Source of the DNA: Convolutriloba macropyga
Taxonomy: Eukaryota
Direction: 5' to 3'
DNA length: 64,000 nt
NCBI RefSeq assembly: GCF_964194025.1
Contig: NC_134476.1
Location: forward strand, 65,100,001-65,164,000
Made by a program: the position numbers and the translations under genes. Positions 63,721 through 64,000 of the stretch are shown here, one piece after another; position 1 is the stretch's first letter; every line of letters begins with the position of its first letter. Under the pieces are notes generated by a model. It was not told where the DNA came from, did no database searches, and was given only the letters and a program-made list of their open reading frames with translations.

Positions 63721-64000
63721 AGAGCGTCAGACGACGAAACAAAAAACCAAGAGCACCGCAATATAGCTCCTCTCAGCTTGAAGCTTCGCAGCTATAAAAA
63801 AGTTTTTCTAGTATTTAAAACCCAAAAAACAAACGAAACAAGAAAAAAAGGCAAAACTGGCAAAATCGGATTAACATTCATAAAATTTTTTAGAAACAAA
63901 GATACCTCACGTTAGAAAGAGGCGACCAATGCGTGAAACATCAAAAGGAAGTTACCACATGCACTGATTTTTGAAAATAAGTCCTTTTGAAAATTACAAA

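Overview
AT-rich, repeat-dense eukaryotic (most likely invertebrate animal) genomic DNA with one 762-nt N gap (17625-18386); most ORFs in the supplied track are spurious. (1) The 3' part of a + strand NMDA-type ionotropic glutamate receptor gene, most like GluN3, can be spliced by hand from nine exons (4509-37315). It covers M2-M3, S2, M4 and a long low-complexity tail ending in the PDZ-type motif -TTRL, and it needs one GC-AG intron. It has unusual pore and ligand-pocket residues, and duplicated 'poison' splice acceptors precede two exons. (2) An intronless 261-aa ORF (40906-41691) looks like a divergent midnolin/stuxnet homologue: Ubl plus both halves of the Catch domain, but no C-terminal proteasome-binding helix. 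This is the most novel-looking item. (3) The last two coding exons of an unidentified Q/P/A/G-rich gene lie on the - strand (52330-53361). The rest is mobile DNA: about 13 GG...CC MITEs with 8-bp TSDs (Merlin-like) crowding the receptor exons, a decayed Bel/Pao retroelement, tRNA-derived SINE fragments, long hairpins, and a Helentron-like family tied to two recent 1.7-1.8 kb tandem duplications. All homology calls come from recalled family motifs, not database searches.
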